From the NCBI GenBank assembly GCA_044223515.1, contig JBGALV010000001.1, positions 74,864 through 138,863 on the forward strand: DNA of 64,000 nucleotides, in the 5' to 3' direction. Of this stretch, positions 58,458 to 64,000 are shown one piece after another (within the stretch, counting starts at the first letter, position 1; every line of letters begins with the position of its first letter). The stretch comes from Alphaproteobacteria bacterium. GTDB taxonomy: Bacteria > Pseudomonadota > Alphaproteobacteria > SHVZ01. The position numbers and the translations under genes were made by a program. The notes beneath the pieces were generated by a model. That model was not told the DNA's origin and made no database searches. It worked only from the letters and a program-made list of their open reading frames with translations.

Positions 58458-59391
58458 CCTGCTGCCACTTGCGCCGCTGAAGGCCGAAGTAGCTGGACAG
58501 CGTTGCCGCCACCAGGAACGGGATCATGGCGGTCGCGATCGCCGCACCTTCGCCGAGCTGGCCGCCGGGGATGGCGCGCTGGAAGGCCAAGGTTGCCATC
58601 AGGTGCGTGGAGTTCACCGGGCCGCCGCGGGTGATCGCGTAGATCAGCTGGAAGTCGGTGAAGGTGAACAGCACCGAGAAGGTCAGCACGATCGAGAGGA
58701 TCGGCATCAGCATCGGCACGGTGACGTGCCGGAAGCGCTGCCAGGGCGTCGCGCCGTCGAGCGCCGCCGCCTCGTAGAGCGAGGGCGAGATCGTCTGCAG
58801 GCCGGCCAGGAGGCAGATCGCGACGAAGGGGATGCCGCGCCAGACGTTGGCGGCGATCAGCGAGGCGCGGGCGTTGGCGGGCCTGCCGAGGAAGTCGATG
58901 TACTGATCTATCAGCCCGAGGTTCTGGAGGATGTAGCTGAGGATCGAGAACTGGGCGTCGTAGATCCACCAGAAGGCGATCGCCGAGAGCACCGTCGGGA
59001 TGATGTAGGGAAGCAGGATGATCGCGCGGATGATCGCCTTGAACGGCATGTGGTTGTTCAGGAGCAGCGCGAGATAGAGGCCGAGGCCGAACTTCAGGAC
59101 GGTCGCGACCGCGGTGTAGAGGACCGTGTTGAAGACGACGAGCCAGAAGACGCTGTCGTCGAACAGCGAGATGTAGTTCTCGAGCCCGATGAAGATGCCC
59201 GGCCGGCCGATCTTGGTGTCGGTGAATCCCAGCCAGACGCCGAGGCCGAGCGGATATGTGAGGAACGTCAGCAGCAGGATCGCCGCCGGCGCCATGCAGA
59301 TGATGGAGAGGACGTTCCGGTTGTCGAGGAGTTCGACAAGCGGCCTGCGGGCGATGCTGCCCGTCCGGTTGAGCGCGGCGGTTGCCATCAA
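58441..59391 (-). CDS. carbohydrate ABC transporter permease (MalF-like)
   Basis: A 316-aa protein with the EAA motif (EAAALDGATPWQ). Confidence 0.85.
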   Translation of the reverse strand: MMATAALNRTGSIARRPLVELLDNRNVLSIICMAPAAILLLTFLTYPLGLGVWLGFTDTKIGRPGIFIGLENYISLFDDSVFWLVVFNTVLYTAVATVLKFGLGLYLALLLNNHMPFKAIIRAIILLPYIIPTVLSAIAFWWIYDAQFSILSYILQNLGLIDQYIDFLGRPANARASLIAANVWRGIPFVAICLLAGLQTISPSLYEAAALDGATPWQRFRHVTVPMLMPILSIVLTFSVLFTFTDFQLIYAITRGGPVNSTHLMATLAFQRAIPGGQLGEGAAIATAMIPFLVAATLSSYFGLQRRKWQQGERDD

Positions 59392-59458
59392 GAATCCCTG
59401 GATCGAGACGGGAAGGGGCGCGAGGCCGAAGCCCCGCGCCCGTCAGTTGCCCGGTCGA

Positions 59459-60775
59459 TCAGATCTTGTAGTAGCGCTCGACCCGCTTGTGCGCTTCGGC
59501 TGCGGCTTCCGCCGGTGTCTTGGCGCCGGAGGCGACCGAGGCGAACATCGTGACGATGATGTAGTCGGCGAGCGCGCCGGCCGACGCGTAGCCGAGAGAG
59601 CCGGCATAGCCCAGCCACAGCGCGTTCTTGATCACCGAGTTGTACGGCGTGTGCTTGGGGTCGACGGTCCAGATCTTGTTGTTCTCGTAGAACTTGAGCG
59701 GATGGCCCCAGTAGCCGATCGAAGCCTCGAGCCAGGGCTCGTACTGCTCCTTCTCCATCATGAAGCGGATGTAGTCCTTCGCCGCGTTCGGGTACTTCGA
59801 GTACTTGAACACGTAGGCCGGGACCATGCTGCAGGATTCCGACGGCTTGCCGACCGGGCCGATCGGGAACGACGCGTGCTCGATGTCGGCGGCCATCTCC
59901 TTCAGCTTCGGATCCGTCGCGGTCTTGGCGGCGTAGTAGACCGAGATGCCGTTCGCGGTCAGCGCGATCTGGCCGTCGAGGAACGCCTTGTTGTTCGACG
60001 GGTCGAGCCAGCTGAGCGTGCCCGGGATGAAGGTCGCGTAGAGCTTCTTGACGTACTCGAGCGCGGCGATCGTCTCGGGGCTGTTGAGCGTCACCTGGTC
60101 CTTCTCGTTGACCATGCGGGCGCCATGGCCCCACAGCACCCAGTGGCACCAGCCGTTGGTGTCGCCGATGGCGTTGCCGAGGGCGAAGCCGATGGGCGTG
60201 TTCTTGGCCTTGAGATCCTCGGCCATCTTGAGGAAGCCGGGGAAGTCTTTGGGCACGGCATCGTAGCCGGCGGCCTTCAGCATCGACTTGCGATACACCA
60301 TCTTCGAGCCCGAGGCGCCGAGCGGGATCGAGATCCAGTTGTTGCCCTTCTTGCCGTACTTCTGCGCGAGGTCGTACCAGCCGCCGTACTTGGCGCCGAG
60401 ATAGTTGGCGACGTCGTTCAGCACGACGACCTTGTCGGGGTACTGGTGCACGTTGTCGTGCCACCCGTAGACGACGTCCGGACCCTTGCCGACGTTGGCG
60501 GCGACCGCGGACTTCGGAACCAGGTCTTCCCAGCCTTCAGAGTCGACCCGGACCTTCACGCCGGTCATCTTCTCGTACTTGGCGGTGTTCTCGAGGAACA
60601 GAGTCTCGTCGCCCTGGACGAACTTGGCCGGCCGCATGATGCGGAGGCTGGCGCCCTTCTCAGGCTGGATCTTCCATTCGGGAGCCGACTGGGCCAGCGC
60701 CGGACCGCCGAGGGCGGTTCCCGCGGCCAAGCCGACGCCGATCTTCATTACGTCTCGCCTGTTGAAGTCAGACAT
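59459..60775 (-). CDS. carbohydrate ABC transporter substrate-binding protein (Tat signal)
   Basis: The N-terminus RRDVMKIGVGLAAGTALG is a twin-Arg signal. It is a 438-aa SBP_bac_1-like protein. Confidence 0.85.
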   Translation of the reverse strand: MSDFNRRDVMKIGVGLAAGTALGGPALAQSAPEWKIQPEKGASLRIMRPAKFVQGDETLFLENTAKYEKMTGVKVRVDSEGWEDLVPKSAVAANVGKGPDVVYGWHDNVHQYPDKVVVLNDVANYLGAKYGGWYDLAQKYGKKGNNWISIPLGASGSKMVYRKSMLKAAGYDAVPKDFPGFLKMAEDLKAKNTPIGFALGNAIGDTNGWCHWVLWGHGARMVNEKDQVTLNSPETIAALEYVKKLYATFIPGTLSWLDPSNNKAFLDGQIALTANGISVYYAAKTATDPKLKEMAADIEHASFPIGPVGKPSESCSMVPAYVFKYSKYPNAAKDYIRFMMEKEQYEPWLEASIGYWGHPLKFYENNKIWTVDPKHTPYNSVIKNALWLGYAGSLGYASAGALADYIIVTMFASVASGAKTPAEAAAEAHKRVERYYKI

Positions 60776-60844
60776 CGTGTTTCCTCCTGTTTTTAAACGT
60801 CTATGCGGGCCCTCTGCGCTTCTTCTTTTTGGACGCGCTTGCTC

Positions 60845-61912
<1,068 letters not shown>

Positions 61913-61952
61913 GACGTTCCCTTGTCCCTGAAGCTTCTAGTTGTCGTACATC

Positions 61953-63005
61953 TTAGCCGCGCTTCCGGCCCTTCGCCAAGGCGCGGCGCCGGCTGCCCAA
62001 AAATTCGGCATTCACGCAGTTGCGCAGCTTGCCGCCGTTCAGATAGTCGAGGGCGGTCTCGACCCCCTTGATGCGGGCATCGGCCTGGCTGGCCTCGCTC
62101 GACCAGGCCGAGTGCGGCGTCAGGATGAGCCGGTTGCGGACCCAGGGGACGTTCTTGCGGTAGGCGTCCACGAGGCGGCCGCCGGAGCGCGGCGGCTCCT
62201 CGGGGATCACGTCGATGCCGGCGGCGTCGATCCACTCGTTCTTGAGCGCGTCGGCCAGCGCGTCCTGGTCGATCACCGGCCCGCGCGAGGTGTTGATCAG
62301 GATCGAGCCCCGCTTCATCCGCTTGAGCTGGGGCGTGCCGATCATGTCGCGGGTCTCAGGCGTCAGCGGCGTGTGCAGGCTGACGACGTCGGACGTCGCC
62401 AGCAGCTCGTTCAGGCTGGAGAGGCGGCGGACGCCGACCGCGATCTCCTGGCCGTTCGATAGATACGGATCGTAGCACTGCACGTCGTAGCCGAAGGCCT
62501 TGGCGCGGAGCGCCGTCGCCGTGCCGATGCGCCCGAGGCCCACGATGCCGAAGGTCGATCCGCGCATGCGCCGCGTCGTCGGGCTGGAACGGTAGTCCCA
62601 GCCCTTGACCGGGTCGGCCTTCAGCGCGTTGTGCGCGGCGACGATGCCGCGCGTGAACGAGAGCAGGAGGGCGATCGCATGGTCGGCGACTTCCGATGTG
62701 CCGTAGTCGGGCACGTTGCAGACCGGGATGCCGACATTGCCGGCAGCCCTCAGGTCGACGTGGTCGAAGCCGACGCCGCAGCGCACGATCTGCTTGCAGT
62801 TCGCGAGCTTGGCGATCGCCTCGGCGCCCATCGGCATCTCGTGCCAGCAGAGCACGGCGTCCGCCGCGGCCCAGTCGCCCGCCTTGATGGCGGACAACTG
62901 GTGCTCGCGGTGGATCAGCCAACGAACCTGCTTGCCGGCGGTGGCTCGCTCGAGCTTCGCATCGTCCGCGAACTGGAAGTCCGGGACGAGGATCGTATGC
63001 GTCAT
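61953..63005 (-). CDS. D-isomer-specific 2-hydroxyacid dehydrogenase (CtBP-like)
   Basis: The NAD-binding motif GIVGLGRIG and a catalytic-domain His region. Length 350 aa. Confidence 0.85.
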   Translation of the reverse strand: MTHTILVPDFQFADDAKLERATAGKQVRWLIHREHQLSAIKAGDWAAADAVLCWHEMPMGAEAIAKLANCKQIVRCGVGFDHVDLRAAGNVGIPVCNVPDYGTSEVADHAIALLLSFTRGIVAAHNALKADPVKGWDYRSSPTTRRMRGSTFGIVGLGRIGTATALRAKAFGYDVQCYDPYLSNGQEIAVGVRRLSSLNELLATSDVVSLHTPLTPETRDMIGTPQLKRMKRGSILINTSRGPVIDQDALADALKNEWIDAAGIDVIPEEPPRSGGRLVDAYRKNVPWVRNRLILTPHSAWSSEASQADARIKGVETALDYLNGGKLRNCVNAEFLGSRRRALAKGRKRG

Positions 63006-63007
63006 GC

Positions 63008-64000
63008 TCAGTGGGACTCGCGCAGCGTGGGGGTGCCGGACTTGCCGACCAGGAAGTCGAGATCGACGCCCTTGTCCGCCTGCAGCACGGTGTCGACGTA
63101 CATCTTCGCGTAGCCGCGCTTCATCGGCGACTTGAAGCCCTTCCAGGCCTTGCGCCGCTTCTCGAGCTCGGCATCCGAGACGTGCAGGTGGAGCTTACGC
63201 GCCTTCACATCGAGCTCGATGATGTCGCCGTTCTGGACCAGGGCCAGCGGGCCGCCGACCGCGGCTTCCGGTGCCGTGTGCAGCACGACGGTGCCGTAGG
63301 CGGTGCCGCTCATGCGCGCGTCGGAGATGCGCACCATGTCGGTGATGCCCTTCTTCAGCACCTTGGGCGGCAGGCCCATGTTGCCGACCTCGGCCATGCC
63401 CGGGTAGCCCTTGGGCCCGCAGTTCTTGAGAACCATCACGCAGTTCTCGTCGATGTCGAGCTTCGGGTCCTCGATGCGCGCGTGATAGTCCTCGATGTCC
63501 TCGAAGACGACTGCGCGGCCCTTGTGCTTCATCAGGTGCGGAGACGCCGCCGACGGCTTCAGGATCGCGCCGTTCGGGCAGAGGTTGCCCTGCAGCACGG
63601 CGATGCCGCCCAGCTTCTTGAACGGCTTCTCCAGCGGGAAGATGACGTTGCGGTTGTAGTTCGGCGCGTCCTTGTTGTTCTCCCAGATGGTCTTGCCGTT
63701 GACCGTCAGGGCCTTCTTGTTGATGAACTTGCCCATCTCGCGGATCACGGCCGGCAGGCCGCCCGCGTAGTAGAAATCCTCCATCAGGTACTTGCCCGAC
63801 GGCATCAGGTTCACGATGCACGGGATCTCGCGCCCCAGGCGGTCCCAGTCGGCGAGCGTGATGTCGATGCCCATGCGGCCGGCGATGGCGAGCAGATGCA
63901 CGACCGCGTTGGTCGAGCCGCCGATCGCGCCATTGATCATGATCGCGTTCTCGAAGTTCTCCTTCTTGAGAACCTTCGACATGCGCATGTCCTCGCCGAC
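63008..64000 (-). CDS. IlvD/EDD-family dehydratase (dihydroxy-acid / sugar-acid dehydratase), 3' portion; the gene continues beyond the window
   Basis: C-terminal IlvD/EDD motifs (...ALITDGRFSG-like region, GTAYGTVVLH). The ORF is open to the window edge. Confidence 0.75.
   Translation of the reverse strand, partial: VGEDMRMSKVLKKENFENAIMINGAIGGSTNAVVHLLAIAGRMGIDITLADWDRLGREIPCIVNLMPSGKYLMEDFYYAGGLPAVIREMGKFINKKALTVNGKTIWENNKDAPNYNRNVIFPLEKPFKKLGGIAVLQGNLCPNGAILKPSAASPHLMKHKGRAVVFEDIEDYHARIEDPKLDIDENCVMVLKNCGPKGYPGMAEVGNMGLPPKVLKKGITDMVRISDARMSGTAYGTVVLHTAPEAAVGGPLALVQNGDIIELDVKARKLHLHVSDAELEKRRKAWKGFKSPMKRGYAKMYVDTVLQADKGVDLDFLVGKSGTPTLRESH

Overview
This is a 64 kb, densely coding, high-GC (about 65-67%) chromosomal segment that looks alphaproteobacterial; codon bias and gene content resemble Bradyrhizobiaceae/Methylocystaceae, but that placement is inference. 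I call about 60 genes. No rRNA, tRNA, CRISPR arrays, IS elements or integrases were recognisable.

The system most likely to be the interesting one is at 3.1-8.9 kb. It is a seven-gene, translationally coupled stressosome operon: RsbR (N-terminal non-heme-globin-type domain plus STAS), RsbS (STAS) and RsbT (GHKL Ser kinase). Its output is not sigma-B. It is a GHKL-PP2C fusion phosphatase, a hybrid histidine kinase whose N-terminus is yet another RsbT/RsbW-like GHKL domain, and a REC-HisKA_2 kinase of the type used in alphaproteobacterial general-stress (PhyR) signalling.

Other notable content:
- A fadD-type acyl-CoA ligase gene is broken by a 34-bp imperfect tandem duplication.
- Two OmpA-family lipoprotein paralogs sit in tandem with near-identical 3' halves. 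The second copy has lost its stop codon and terminator through a roughly 80-bp deletion.
- Two paralogous cobalamin riboswitches, one on each strand, flank a 10-kb block. One drives a BtuB-like TonB-dependent receptor and the other a BtuFCD-like ABC importer. Between them lie folE and an MbnP/MbnH copper 'metallo-mystery pair'.
- A lower-GC ORFan islet sits behind an AT-rich leader.
- An amino-sugar/peptide catabolic supra-operon runs sugar ABC transporter, NanE, BadF-type kinase, DmpA, then DppABCDF.

Many adjacent genes overlap by ATGA or GTGA. The annotated hybrid histidine kinase carries an apparent +1 frameshift near position 6509.
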